In this document: positions 1-14,375 of the stretch, piece after piece
Position numbering within the stretch: position 1 is the stretch's first letter
How the letters are laid out: the number at the start of each line of letters is the position of its first letter
Assembly (NCBI GenBank): GCA_951406725.2
Contig: OX597826.1
Span: forward strand, 27,156,001 to 27,220,000
Reading direction: 5' to 3'
From: Octopus vulgaris
Lineage: Eukaryota
DNA: 64,000 nucleotides
Notes under the pieces: generated by a model
Database searches by the model: none
Told to the model about the DNA's origin: nothing
What the model saw: the letters and a program-made list of their open reading frames with translations, nothing else
Program-made: the position numbers and the translations under genes

Positions 1-43
1 TTCTGTTAACAATTCTCACCTTTATAACGATATTATTTGTCCC

Positions 44-97
<54 letters not shown>
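44..97. repeat. (TATC)n microsatellite
   Basis: Direct tandem TATC repeats. Confidence 0.95.
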
Positions 98-1114
98 TTA
101 AAACAAAAAACTGGTGTCAGTCTTGGAGAAAGTTGACAAATACAAAAAATGGTTATATTACCTAACAACTAGAAAGAAAAAGAAGAAGCAACAAAATCTG
201 TAAAACAAATGAAATCCAAACTAAAAGTGGAACAGCACCGGATCATGATAAAATGATCGCAACAAAAGCCCCTTCATGGCAAATACTGGGTTAAACTAAA
301 CGCAAAAGAAATAGACAAAGGAAAATCTCAACCATAGCTGAGAAGCTCAGGACTCAAAGCAGAGACTGAAGGATTTTTAATTGCAGCACAAGACCAAAGC
401 CTCCTCGCCAGAAATGACCAAATACATACAATGAAAAGAAACGTAGTAAGTAACTGCAGAATATGTGGAGATGAACAAGAAGTAATAAACCTTATTTTTC
501 TGGCTGTCCAGTCCTGGCTAAGAAGGAATATATTCACAGACACGACAGAGTTGGGATCTATATACACTGAAAGCTGTGCCAACACTAAGGAATAACTACA
601 GAAAAAATATGGTATAAGCACACGTTAAAAAAGGTCACAAACAATGAAAGCAACCATAATATGTGTTATGCCAATACACACAGAGAAATTAAGGCCAAAA
701 GGCTGGATATAGCTGTCAACGATGACCGAGAAAAAACTTGGTTTCTAATCCGTGTATGATACCAAACAGATGATAAGGTTTCTCTAAACGAAAAGGAGAA
801 ACTGTCAAAATACAAAGACCTGAAAATAGAGGTAACTCGAATGTGGAGTCTAAACATAGAAACAATTCCTATCATAGTAGGCGCATTAGGTATGATAAAA
901 ATATTTTTCAGACAAATACACAGCAAAACATCAGGACTGACAAATATATGTATCATAGAGAAAATAGCACTACTAGGAAGCGCACATATCCTACGTAAAA
1001 CGCTTTCAATACAGTAAAAACAAGAACATCACAACAAACCACAGCACATACCTAAGGCACATAGACCTGCGCTCGCTAGTGCAGTGAAAGCACGTGATAA
1101 AAATAAGACTATTG
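98..1114 (+). mobile_element. 5'-truncated, degenerate R4/Dong-like non-LTR retrotransposon (RLE C-terminus and 3' UTR)
   Basis: Frameshifted translation gives PLHGKYW, LKAETEGFLIAAQDQSL, the CRICG..GCP zinc knuckle, RHDRVG, EKLSKYKDL and IPIIVGALG. It ends directly in (AAT)n and is homologous to 3413-4500. Confidence 0.88.
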
Positions 1115-2051
<937 letters not shown>

Positions 2052-2053
<2 letters not shown>

Positions 2054-2607
2054 GCCCTGATGCAGTACCAGGCAGTGGCTTTCATGGGTTCTTGTCTTAA
2101 CTGATTGGAAGTGTTATCATGTACATTGTTTTGTCTTGGTATAAAAGATGGGCTACAGCAAATATTCTGCTCAATACCACAGATTTGCTTGTCAGTTGTT
2201 TGACCTTAACCAGTTGACCATGTCCCTTAGTGGCTGACGATATGTGCATCTCTGATCACGAGCAGAAGTAGTGGGGGAGCATCATAGCCATGTGTTGAGA
2301 GGGATTCTTTGGGGTTTGAATAATTCACCTCTGGAAACATGGGTGGTTCTTTCAACATCCTTAAACAACCCTTATTCAGGGACCTTTTGAGCGGGATGGG
2401 CTACTCAACCTGAAGAAAATTCTAACTGGGCCCCACCTGCAAGGTCATGTGCTGTTTATCTTGATATGAGATCACCATGTCGCGCACATATGGTTGTGAT
2501 GCATGTGCCTGGTGTACCTTTATCAGACGGGTAGTCATGATGGGTATATTGGGCTTCGTATATTTTACCCCAGTGTCACTTTGATGGCATGCATTGCTCT
2601 CTCACTC
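2052..2607 (+). mobile_element. (AAT)n-associated element, copy 2 (full length)
   Basis: Near-identical to 1413-1968 and flanked by AAT runs. Confidence 0.85.
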
Positions 2608-2660
<53 letters not shown>

Positions 2661-2864
2661 TAACAATAATAATAATAATTATAATAATGATGATGATGAT
2701 GATGATGATAATAATAATAATAATAATAGCAACAACAACAAAAACAATAGCAGCAAAACAACAATAAAACAATAACAACAATAACAACAGCAACAACAGC
2801 AACAAAAGCAACAACAACAACAACAATAACAATAATAATAATAATAATGATAATAATAATAATA

Positions 2865-3369
2865 GATTGGAAGTGTTATCATGTACATTGTTTTGTCTTG
2901 GTATAAAAGATGAGCTACAGCAAATATTCTGCTCAATACCACAGATTTGCTTGTCAGGTGTTTGACCTTAACCAGTTGAGCATGTCCCTTAGTGGCTGAC
3001 GATATGTGCATCTCTGATCACAAGCAGAAGTAGTGGGGGAGCATCATAGCCATGTGTGGAGAAGGATTCTCTGGGGTTTGAATAATTCACCTCTGGAAAC
3101 ATGGGTGTTTCGTTCAACGTCCTTAAACAACCCCTACTCAGGGACCTTTTGAGCGGGATGGGTTACTCGATCTGAAGAAAATTCTAACTAGGCTCCACCT
3201 GCAAGGTCATGTGCTGTTTATCTTGACATGAGATCACCATGTCGCGCACATATGGTTGTGATGCATGTGCCTGGTGTACCCTTATCAGACGGGTAGTCAT
3301 GATGGGTATACTGGGCTCCGTATATTTTACCCCAGTGTCACTTTGATGGCATGCTCTGCTCGCTCACTC
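2865..3369 (+). mobile_element. (AAT)n-associated element, copy 3 (5'-truncated by about 50 bp)
   Basis: Starts at GATTGGAAGTG; 3' end CTCACTC(AAT)n is intact. Confidence 0.85.
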
Positions 3370-3412
<43 letters not shown>

Positions 3413-3416
<4 letters not shown>

Positions 3417-4497
3417 TATCTACTTAAGAAGGAAGGAAAACTGATACAAATAGCGGCAAAACACGAGCAAAACAGAAAAAATGTTCTCAGTATTTAAAGA
3501 AGCTGACAAATACAAACAAAAAATTATACCACCTAACAAATATGAAGAAGAAGAAAAAGAGGAAGTAACAACAAACGCTATAAAACAAATGAAATCTAAA
3601 CAAAAACTAGAACAGCAAAGAACCATGATAAAACGATGGCAAGAAAAGCCCCTTCATGGTAAATACTGGACTAAACTAAATGCAAAAGAAATAGATTAAA
3701 GAAAAATCCCAGCAATGGTTGAGAAGCTCAGGACTCAAAGCAGAGACAGAGGGATTTTTAATTGCAGCACAAGACCAAAGCCTCCCCACCAAAAATTACC
3801 AAAAACATGCAATGAAAAGTAATATAACAAGTAACTGCAGAATATGTGGAGATGGACAAGAAACAATAAATCATATTATCTCTGGCTGCCCAGTCCTAGC
3901 TAAGAAGGAATATATTCACATACATGACAGAGTTGGAACCTACATACACTGGAAGCTATGCCAATATTATGGAATAACAACAGAAAAAAGATGGTATAGG
4001 CACACACCAGAAAAGGTCACAGAAAACGAGAAAGCAACCAAACTCTGGGATATGCTGATACACACAGATAGAGAAATTAAGGCCAACAGACCAGATATAG
4101 TTGTCAGAGATCATGAAGAAAAAAATGCCTTCTAATTGAAGTATCAATACCGGCAGATGACAACGTGTCTCTAAAAGAAATGAAGAAACTTTCAAAATAC
4201 AAAGACCTGGAAATAGAGGTAACCAGAATGTGGAATCTAAAACCAGAAACAATTCCTATTATAGTAGGTGCATTAGGCATGATAAAAAATATTCAAACAA
4301 ATACATAACTAAAACACCAGGACTTACAAACACATATAACTTACAGAAAATTGCACTACTAGGCAATGCACACATCCTACGCAGAACACTTTCCATACAA
4401 TAACCATCAGAGCATCACAACAAATCACAGCACATACCCAAGGCACACAGAGTTGCGCTCGGTAGTGAAGTGAAAGCACGCTATAAAAATAAAACTA

Positions 4498-4500
<3 letters not shown>
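3413..4500 (+). mobile_element. 5'-truncated R4/Dong-like LINE, restriction-like endonuclease region (pseudogenised)
   Basis: ORFs 3481-3699 and 3719-4135 contain WQEKPLHGKYW, CRICGDGQETINHIISGCPVLA (CCHC), HD.VG..IHW and RPDIVV. The next frame gives the KYKDL and IPIIVGALG motifs of the PD-(D/E)xK RLE. AAT runs flank both sides. Confidence 0.92.
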
Positions 4501-4577
<77 letters not shown>

Positions 4578-5395
4578 TAATTTCTTTCATTAGCTAGTTA
4601 TACAAGGATGGAGAAATAGTCGTCACCATCTGCCTCACTTCTTACCGAGCTGCTTTTCTTCATCGACCCTGAAAGTAAAAAATGCAACGGTCACATCGGT
4701 GAGATTTGAAATTAGAACATAAAGTGAATTGTGAAATATGGAAGACATCTATTGTCTGACGAGGTAGCGATTCTACAAGATCACTGCTGATTTGGATATG
4801 ACATTTGGAACAAGCTCAACAATTTCAGGGATGAGATTAAGTTTATTCATCAATCCCAGTGTTGGACTGGTACTTATCTTTTCGACCCCGAAAGGAGAAA
4901 ATGCAAAGTCAGCTTCAGTGGAATTTGATCTCAGGACGTAGAGACAAATGAAAATCCGTTGAGCATCTTAACCGACGCGCTAACAATTCTGCCAGCAATT
5001 CTGAAGATAGGAGTTAGTTCGATGGCATCAAACCGTATACTGAATTTTATTTGGTATTTTTCAGCCCATAGAGAAGAAAAGCAAAGATGACTTCGTCAGG
5101 ATTTGAACTCAGAATGTAAAAATCGGAATAAATACCGCAACATGTTTCCGACGCTATGACGATTCTGCCAGCTCTTGTTTCTAGACATTTCTGAATCTAA
5201 TTTTTCCGGGAGGAGGCTATCTGCAAACATCTCTCTCTACCTGACGGGTACCGTTGTGTACTGGCCTAAGAGTGACAAAACACGAAGTCGACTCTTGCGG
5301 AATTTGAACTCAAGTTATAAAAATAAAAAAAGAAGGAAGAATTATTGCGAAGCAATTTTATGAGGCTTTGATGACCCTGTAAGCACACACTTGTG

Positions 5396-5700
5396 AATGT
5401 GGTTTGGGTTAATGGTTAGAGAATTCGGTTCACGTTCATAAGGTTATGAGTTCGATTCCTAGTGCCATGTTATGTCCTTGAGCAAGACATTCTATTTCAC
5501 GATGTACCAGCCCATTCAGCTGGCAAAATTGCGTATCAAAAGGGCCAGCCTCGTCATATGCTGTGTCACGTTGAATCTCCCTCGGAACTACATTAAGGGT
5601 ACGCATTTCTGTGGAGTGCTCAGCCACTTGAACGTTAATTTCACGGGCAGGCTGTTCCGTCGATTGGATCAATTGGAATCCTTGTCATTGTAACCGACGC
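5396..5700 (+). mobile_element. tRNA-derived SINE family D (CORE-like body)
   Basis: A-box-like head, B box GAGTTCGATTCC, and CCTTGAGCAAG core. Related copies lie at 51170-51483(+), 46113-46290(-) and 34866-34980(-). Confidence 0.65.
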
Positions 5701-7243
5701 AATGACACTTCAGCTCATATTTTTAATAATTTGTCTCCGAGTCAGCTTCCTTGTCTTTCAGAGGAAGTGTGTAGCGGTTTACATTATTTGACGTGGATTA
5801 TATTCTATCAAAAATTATCATTATTGTAAAATTTCTTTGTGGCTATTTCAATATGATAATGTAGCGATTAAATAATATCAATTTCCATGCTGGGAATAGA
5901 TTTTAGAGTTTCGAAGTGGCCTGATGAAACAAATTAGTATTAGTAAACTAATATAGTAAGCTTGAAGTTGCCAGACACAAAATATAAATCGGTTCTTCTA
6001 CAAGCAACTAAATGTAATTTACTCCAAGTTGACGAATATACGAAATAATAGGTTATCAGAAAAATACTCAGCTTTGTCGATCGACCTTTTCAAAATATCC
6101 TGAAAATACACACGACTACGTTGTAAAGTATTAAGGCGGGATCAACCAATCAGAGAGCAATATGGCTGAAAAGAAGAAAAAAAGGTCTTTGCAGGAATGC
6201 ATTATATAACTAGTTTATATAGACAAAGAGAAAGTATACTAAAAGATACAATGTATAACTGAGAAATAGTATGCATGTATAGTAAGATAATCAATCATAA
6301 TTTCTGGCATCGTATATCATTGATATTACAGAGAAAACTTAGCACCATGTGAAGCTTTGACAATCTATACATTGGAATCATAAACGGATGACAGAAAGCG
6401 GACGTTGTAGATATGTAACCGTGTAATCTTTCATACTTTCTTTTATTTTTGTTTACTCCTTTTTTTTTCTTTTTCACTTCTTTCAGGAAGTGGAATGCTT
6501 CTCTGCGGAGGCACCGTCTTCGGTTCGTGAATTTCGATTCTAGTATTTGTTTTCGAGTTGATATTTATTCTATTATTCCACCGGTCGCTTTTGGCCGAAA
6601 GGTACGCTGGATAACGAAGCGTCACTTCCTCAAACAGCATACTATCACTTTATATAAATAGCTGTTTCAAATTTTGGCGCCATGCCAGTAATTTTAGGAG
6701 AAGTGTTAACTCGGTATCAGCGACCCCAGTTTTCGACTGCTGCTTATTTATCAACTTGAAAAGGATGAAAATCAAAGCCCTTAGAAAATAGGGAAATAAT
6801 AATTACTTCTGATGTAAGCATAATAACAGCAAACTCTGATGTCAAAGTATTTTGCCACTTATAAAGATCCTAGAACTAAATCAGTTCTTTATTCTATCAA
6901 CCCTGGATGAATTAAAGACTTATTTGATCTCAGTCTTATTTGAACTAAGAACGTAAGGTGAGGTACGAATTTTACAAGACGTTATTCCGACGCTCTACCG
7001 ATTCTACCAGATTTAAATAAAGGCTTCCAATTTATGAACAACACTAATAATTTTGAAGGAACGGGACGTAATCGATGATAGCCCTGTACTAAACCAGTTC
7101 TTTATTCAATCGATCCTGCAAGGAATGAAAGGCAGAATCTACCTTGACTGAATTGGAATTAAGATCGTAAGATAACGAAACTAACGCTGTAAGGTGTGTT
7201 TCCGCGGTTCTAACAATTATTTCATTTAACTAAAAGCAATAAT

Positions 7244-7635
7244 GCAGGAGTGGCTGTGTGGTAAGTAGCTTGCTTACCAACCACATGGTTCCGGGTTCAG
7301 TCCCACTGCATGGCAAATTGGACAAGTGTCTTCTACTATAGCCTCGGGCCGACCAAAGCCTTGTGAGTGGATTTGGTAGATGGAAACTGAAAGAAGCCCG
7401 TCGTATATATGTATATATATATGTGTATTTGTGTGTCTGTGTTTGTCCCCCACCAACATCACTTGACAACCGATGCTGCTAAGTTTACGTCCCTGTAACT
7501 TAGCGGTTCAGCAAAAGAGACCGAGAGAATAAGTATTAGGCTTACAAAGAATAAGTCCTGGGGTCAATTTGCTCGACTAAAGGTGCTGCTCCAGTATGGC
7601 CGCAGTCAAATGACTGAAACAAGTAAAAGACTAAA
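7244..7635 (+). mobile_element. tRNA-derived SINE family B (CORE-like, internal TA/TG microsatellite)
   Basis: A box TGGCTGTGTGG, B box GGTTCAGTCCC, tail CCAG(C/T)ATGGCCGCAGTCAAATGACTGAAAC. Many other copies in the window. Confidence 0.85.
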
Positions 7636-7643
7636 AGAGAATA

Positions 7644-8055
7644 AGGTGGCGAGCAAGCAGGATCGTTGCTGCGCCGAGCAAAATGCTTAGCAACATTTCA
7701 CCCGTCTTACGTTCTGAGTTCAAATTCCGGTGAAGTCGACTTTGCCTTTTATCCTCTAGGGTTAATGTATGTGACACCTCTCTCTCCCGAAAATGCTAGC
7801 CTTGTGCTAAAATTTGAAAACAATATAAATCGTCCCAAAATTTATTGAGCTGGCTATATCATTAGCAATCCGGGTAACATGCACAACGCCATTTCGTCTG
7901 TCTTTAAAATCTGGGTTCAAATTCCGCCGAGGTCGACTTTGCTTTTTATTCTTTCGATGTCGATAAAAGAAGTACCAGTTAAACTCTGGGGTCGGTTTAA
8001 TCGGCTTAACCCCTACCTCGAAATTGTTGGCCTTGTCCCAGAATTTGAAATCAAT
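7644..8055 (+). mobile_element. Two degenerate SINE family A copies in tandem
   Basis: GGCGAGC..GCAG head, GTTCAAATTCCG B box and GTCGACTTTGCCTTT body. Confidence 0.75.
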
Positions 8056-8904
8056 ATTAATAGTTCCTGACATTGTCAGGAGAAAGGTAGATTTCTTTTA
8101 TGATGGAAATAAATACGACCCAAAGTAATCCAAAAGTCTATCAAGAAAATTGTTTTAATGAAATATGAAAAAATTGATGAGGAATTGATGGACATAACAC
8201 GATATCAATCTACGTAGATCATTGAATATAGAAAAATGATCAAAAACAGAGAAACCGATTCGATGATCATTCATTCATCAGCACACACGAAAAAATATTG
8301 GAGTAGCTAATAAAATAATAAAGGATAAAAGTACAAAAGAATTTCTACTGGCATTATTGCGTTGATAATGTCAACGCTTTAATGTCTTTTTAAGTGATCC
8401 TATAAAAACTAGCAACTAAAAACAACACAAAAAAAACATTGTATAGACTTCTACAAGTTTAAAGTATAAGTAGGCGATCTTTATAGCTCTGTTTCAAAAA
8501 GAAAATTAAGAAAACGAGAAGAGAGTAAAAGAAAAAAAGAAGGAAAATAAGAATCTATTGAAATTATCGTCAAAGAATACGAAATAAAGTATTCTACTTT
8601 AATTATGTTAATTAAATCGAAGTAACTAACGGTTCTACAGCGTAAGGTGAGTGAAAATAGATTAGAAGTGGTTCTGAACAAAGGAAATAAAAATAAGAAG
8701 AGAATAAAGTGTAAGAAAGAGAATCGAGTCTAAAGTGTTTACTGGGTTGCAAAATTTAAAAGTAGTCAATAGTTTGTACGTAACAATGTGAAGATATACA
8801 CGGATTACATTGGTTAATGAAACTGTCAATGGTATTGTATGAATGTAACAAGACTTCCTTAGAATACTAATAATGTCTTTTTCACTCCATTAAATAATGT
8901 CACA

Positions 8905-8972
<68 letters not shown>

Positions 8973-8981
8973 CATCCATCC

Positions 8982-9032
<51 letters not shown>

Positions 9033-9033
9033 C

Positions 9034-9094
<61 letters not shown>
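8905..9094. repeat. (TATC)n microsatellite, 5' flank of Tx1-like LINE
   Basis: Tandem TATC/TCCA repeats. Confidence 0.95.
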
Positions 9095-10660
9095 CGGCCC
9101 GGTTGAGTTGCTCGGGGTCTGGTTTGGTCCGGACCTCCAAGTGGAGAAGAACTGGAACGAGATAACGAGTAGGGTGGCCACTCTCGCCCGGCAATGGGCC
9201 GAGAGGAAACTGTCCCTAAAAGATCGGGCGGAGGTGGCGAACACGTACATCGCGTCCGTCATCTACTACCGCCTGACCGTCGTACCTTGTCCCGACCCTA
9301 CCATCACCAAACTATAACGCATTCTCTTTCGCTTCTTGTGGAAAGGATGCGTCCCGATGGTCAGGCGATCCATTTGCTGTCAACACCCGTTAAAAGGAGG
9401 GCTGGGCATGCCGTGGTTGATGATGCGCAGACACGCGCTGAGACTGCGACATCTCTGGCTCTATGTAGACGACGGTGAACAGGTGTGGTCGCCGTTTGTG
9501 AGGCACGCTTTCCCGCAGCTCGTCTCCATGACCGAACTGCAGTCGTGGATCAAAAAGAGGCCGAAGAAGGGCGAATGGCACCGCGAGTGTCGCGTTGCTC
9601 TCAAGCAACTCTGCCGTCCTGGGCCGACCTTGAGTGACTTCAACACAACCAAAGCATTCTATAGGGGTTTAGTGGAGGGGAGGTACGACGACGAGCTCGG
9701 GGCGAACCTGGACGTCGACGAGGAGTACCTGACCCGCCTGTTCAGGACGACTTTCGGGCCAGAGCCCATGGACAACTTCCAGAGATCCCTGGCCTGGCAG
9801 TGCTACCGAGAAGCGCTACCCGTTCGGGATAAGCTCTACAGACACGGCTCGAGAAACACGGGGCCGACCTGCCCGAGATGTGGTCAGAGCGACGAAACCG
9901 TTCTGCACGCACTCGTGCAGTGTCCAACAATTTCCGACCTGTGGGCTTGTGTCGAACAACTGCTGTCACGTGTGGGACGAGTCGGTTTATCAGCTGAGTC
10001 TATCGTTAATATTGTCACGCCTCCCTCCTTCAAACGGGAAGGAAGAGCTATTTTCATCATCCTTGTGGCTATGGCGAAAGAATGTATCTGGTAGACGCGT
10101 CTGAAAGGATTGGAGACAAACACTTTCCTCTCTGGTCAATCTCTCATCAACTTCTTCAAGTACCACTTGAAAAGGAAAGTGAGAGTAGAGAGGCAAGTTT
10201 TGTCTAGCGAATGTTTTAAAAAAAGATGGGTGAATGTAGCAAGAATGGCACGTATGAATGACGAAGCCACCTTGAGCATGATCCTATGAACCCAGAAATT
10301 GAAAACAGAGAGTTGCTTATTTGCAAAAGAAAAAAAAATAAATATAACATGTGACTCCATTGACCGAGGTTACCGTGGTCTTTTCCGTAGGCTTTTCTTT
10401 CCACGGGTAAACCTCACCTGTCCTCCCCTTTACACTTCATATTGACATTTCTGTGATAACGATCCCTATTGATCAAATTTTTTTTTTCCTCTCCCCCTTT
10501 TTTTAACCCCCTTTTTCTGTCCTCTTTCTCTCCTTTTACGATCCCTTTTGATCGAAACTCCCGCTTCCTATTTTTTTTTTTTTTTAAACCTTCAAAAGAA
10601 AAGCTCTACCTTGTAATTTGTTCTATCTGTGTGCAGCCCTGTGTGGCTAATAAAGAAACA
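9095..10660 (+). mobile_element. 5'-truncated Tx1-clade (L1 superfamily) LINE: ORF2 C-terminal half and 3' UTR
   Basis: One frame, 9096-10289, has two in-frame stops (9315, 10092). It encodes [29 protein letters not shown], a zf-RVT-like LAWQCYREALP and CPRCGQSDETVLHALVQC. It is GC-rich relative to the flanks, and the pyrimidine-rich 3' UTR ends in AATAAAGAAAC followed by (TATC)n. Confidence 0.9.
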
Positions 10661-10839
10661 TATCTATCTATCTATCTATCTCTGTCTATCTGCTCCTCTC
10701 TGCATGGGTATACATGTGTATTAATTAGTGTTTGTTTTTTTCTATTAAGTTATAACATTTTTTGAATTTTAAATTAAATTGAAGTATCCCTCAATATTTG
10801 TAGTACTGTTGTAATTATATTTCTTATTGTTTGACAAAA

Positions 10840-10893
<54 letters not shown>

Positions 10894-10910
10894 GATAGAT
10901 AGATAGATAT

Positions 10911-10964
<54 letters not shown>

Positions 10965-11104
10965 GAATAGATAGATAGATAGATACATACATACACAAAC
11001 ACAATATACATATAAAATGGTTTGTGTCTCTATCTTCCTCTCTCTCTATCCATCCATCTATCAATGCAATCTGTCCATGTATGCATGTATGTATCCTCCT
11101 ACTA

Positions 11105-11181
<77 letters not shown>

Positions 11182-11908
11182 GAGAGAGAGAGAGAGTTGA
11201 ATGTAGAAATCAGTGTATGCAAATGGGTACAGTTAAACAATGCTGGAAGTCATATAGCTAATATTTCGAACAACATTTCTTTAATGCCAAGATAACAAGA
11301 GGGTAAAAAAAAAGGGCGCAGAAACTTACATTCTCTACATTTGAGGGATTTACTGCAACTGATTGGGAACCGATCAAACATCAAGCACATCAAAGAGAAA
11401 TGATTCGGCAGTAGTGTATCCGTTCAGGTAATTATATCCAGAAAACATTAGGTCGCCCATATATCTGGTAAAATATCACCACCCATTGCTAGTCTAGGTT
11501 CGTTTCCGTTTCGAGACGCAGATTCGAACCGATAAGGGTATGTTTTGACTGCGATCTTATGATCGACACAAACACGCCTGCTAGAATAACATTACGTGTG
11601 TGATATATGGAACAAATTTCGTGTTTGTAGTATATGAATACACTTAATGTTACAAGCGTGAAATTCGATAGGGATAACTTATATCGAACAGGAAGCTAAC
11701 ATGATTTAATTTACGTAAATGCATTCATTGTTTTATTATTAAATAGCTTTTCTTTAATACAGGGTCATTTTTCTTAAGCAAAATGGCATGTAGTTATTTA
11801 TTTAAATTCTATATTTTACTTCTACATCTATGATACATATTCACGAACGAATACGCACATATTACCATATATCCATGTCTTTTTCTCTCTCTTTCTCCCT
11901 CCGCACAT

Positions 11909-11961
<53 letters not shown>

Positions 11962-12530
11962 GTATAAAGAGAGAGAGAGAGGGGGAGAGAGGGAGAGATA
12001 GATAGATACATGTATGCTTACAAGCATACATATTTACATATGCACACATATATATATATATATATATCCAAATGCTATCGTATTTTCTCGGTTTTGCATG
12101 ACTTTATTAAATTTATTAATACAAAATTATTATAATGGGAAACGTATAAGAAACTATATACTCCCGGCAATTGAAGAAAGCAAACAATTCTTGCTTAAAA
12201 CTAATAGTAAACACTATTTACATTGACGCCCTTTAGCTTATATCTCTGTGAAAAGAACTCTTCGCTCCGTAATCACGTCTATAATTATGTGCTTTCGCTC
12301 GCCTAAGAAACCGTTTCATAAGGATCTGTCTTATAAAAAGAGAATTTACATCTAGACATTCAATGATTAAGGCCCTATAGTTTAACATTAGTTCTGTATT
12401 GGGATTATTTGATACGCTAAGCATAGTGAAAAAAATGAGATATACGCGAATATGATTTGAACTTTGAAGCAATTGGACTGAACAATGGAAAAGTCGGTAA
12501 TGCTTCTAGTTAAATTAGTGCCATTATATA

Positions 12531-12758
12531 TTTCTTTACTACCCACAAGGGGCTAAACACAGAGAGGACAAACAAGGACAGACAAACTGATTAAGTCGAT
12601 TATATCGACCCCAGTGCGTAACTGGTACTTATTTAATCGACCGCGAAAGGATGAAAGGCAAAGTCGACCTCGGCGGAATTTGAACTTAGAACGTAACGGC
12701 AGACGAAATACGGCTACGCATTTCGCCCGGCGTGCTAACGTTTCTGCCAGCTCGCCGC
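12531..12758 (-). mobile_element. tRNA-derived SINE family A, near full length
   Basis: On the minus strand: head GCGGCGAGCTGGCAGAAACGTTAGC, B box GTTCAAATTCC, and body GCCTTTCATCCTTTCG..GTCGAT..AAGTACCAG, which resembles the Meta/MESC-type SINE central domain (recalled, not verified). Confidence 0.88.
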
Positions 12759-12975
12759 ATTATACTTAATGAAGTGAAAGACCGTAGCCTGTTGGTTAAG
12801 ATGTTCGACCCGTGATCATGTGATCATATGGTTTTCTGTTCAATTCTTGGGGAAGGTAACAGATTGCATCTTTCAGCAAAGTAAGTCTTTTGACGTCGCT
12901 AAACTTTTCCCAGCTGTAAATATGTACTAACCGAGTGCTGATGTAGATTTCTCTGTAGATCCAGTTATATATCTG

Positions 12976-13058
<83 letters not shown>

Positions 13059-14129
13059 CTCTCGCTTGCCATTAATGGCTGAATATAACTTGTAATTTAT
13101 AGTGTGCAGTTGATGTCTGACTAATAAATTAATAAAGCCAAAGCAATAGAGGTCAAAGAACAAAATATTACCTCAATGTTTCTTGGGTACTGACGATATT
13201 CTCGGACATGTTTTTATATAATGTGACCACTTTAGCGAAGAGTATGCTTCTTCATACTTGACAAAATTCTTAACAGTTATTAAAACTTCAGCAATGAAGA
13301 AATCCTTAGCTTAAATAATCTTATCGCATCATGCACATCTACTTGAACTCATTATCATATGTGTCTGTTTTCTATCACTGAAAATGTTTTACGTACATCA
13401 CCATACAGATTACGAGAAAGATGGGTTTGATTGTAGAGAGATCAGTCGTCACTGAACAAATTTATACTTAGCTTAGAAAATGTTTAAATGTAACCATTCC
13501 GTTCATTTCTTTTTCAATCCATAGTATTTCTAAGTATACATTATCCAAAGACTTTAAGCTTTTGTGTCCTCTGTGTGTGTATGTTTGGCGTGAAATCTTT
13601 GAGCGTAGTATCTCCAAAGTCTCCTATATCTAAAAGGAGTGTCTGTTTTGAGCGAATTTGCTTTTTTTTCTCCTCGGGGGTGTCTTCTCAGCCACTTGGT
13701 TCAGTCCTGCTAAATTCCTCCAGAGCGTTGCTCCAACATGACCGTGGCGCAATGACTGAAACAATTAAAGGAATATTTCACTACCCATACCAATTCTAGT
13801 GGCTCTAGTTTATACTGGCCAAAGAGGCTGAAATTACACACCCATTAGACTGGCTTCAATTATACACGCGCACAAAATAGCGTGAATTATAAACTCTCTA
13901 AAGTTGCCAGAGCAATAAAATGGCTTTGTGTTGGAATCTGGCAAAATTCGACTCATTTTCTCTCCTCGATAGACTTCTAAATATAATCCTAATCACCGAG
14001 AACCTATTCTGCTCTGCATAAAATCCATTTTCTCTTTGTATTCCTTGAATTCACTCTATGACTAATATATTTGGCTGGCTTACAACACAAACCTAAAAAT
14101 GACTTCATTGTGAAGAAAAGAAAGAAAAG

Positions 14130-14228
14130 ACAAATAATAATGATAATGATGATGATGATGATGATGATGATGATAATAATAATAATAATGATAATAATAA
14201 TAATAACGATAATAATAATAATAACAAT

Positions 14229-14260
<32 letters not shown>

Positions 14261-14375
14261 TGACACCAACAGTCACAACAATAGCAACAACAACAACAAC
14301 AATAATAATGATGATAAAAATGAGGAAGATGATGATGATGAGGATGAGGATGATGATGAGGATGAGGATGATGAT
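14130..14375. repeat. Compound trinucleotide microsatellite (AAT/GAT/AAC)
   Basis: Direct inspection. Confidence 0.9.

Noticed and set aside
2233-2272. CTGACGA..GAAG within the 556-bp element as a hammerhead
   Set aside because: It has GAAG instead of GAAA, and I could not build stems I and III.
11324-11590. Minus-strand GTAAGT donor with upstream unique sequence
   Set aside because: All frames close within a short distance and there is no supporting exon.
12680-12758. tRNA genes suggested by A and B boxes
   Set aside because: The boxes belong to SINE heads; I found no complete cloverleaf with an acceptor stem.
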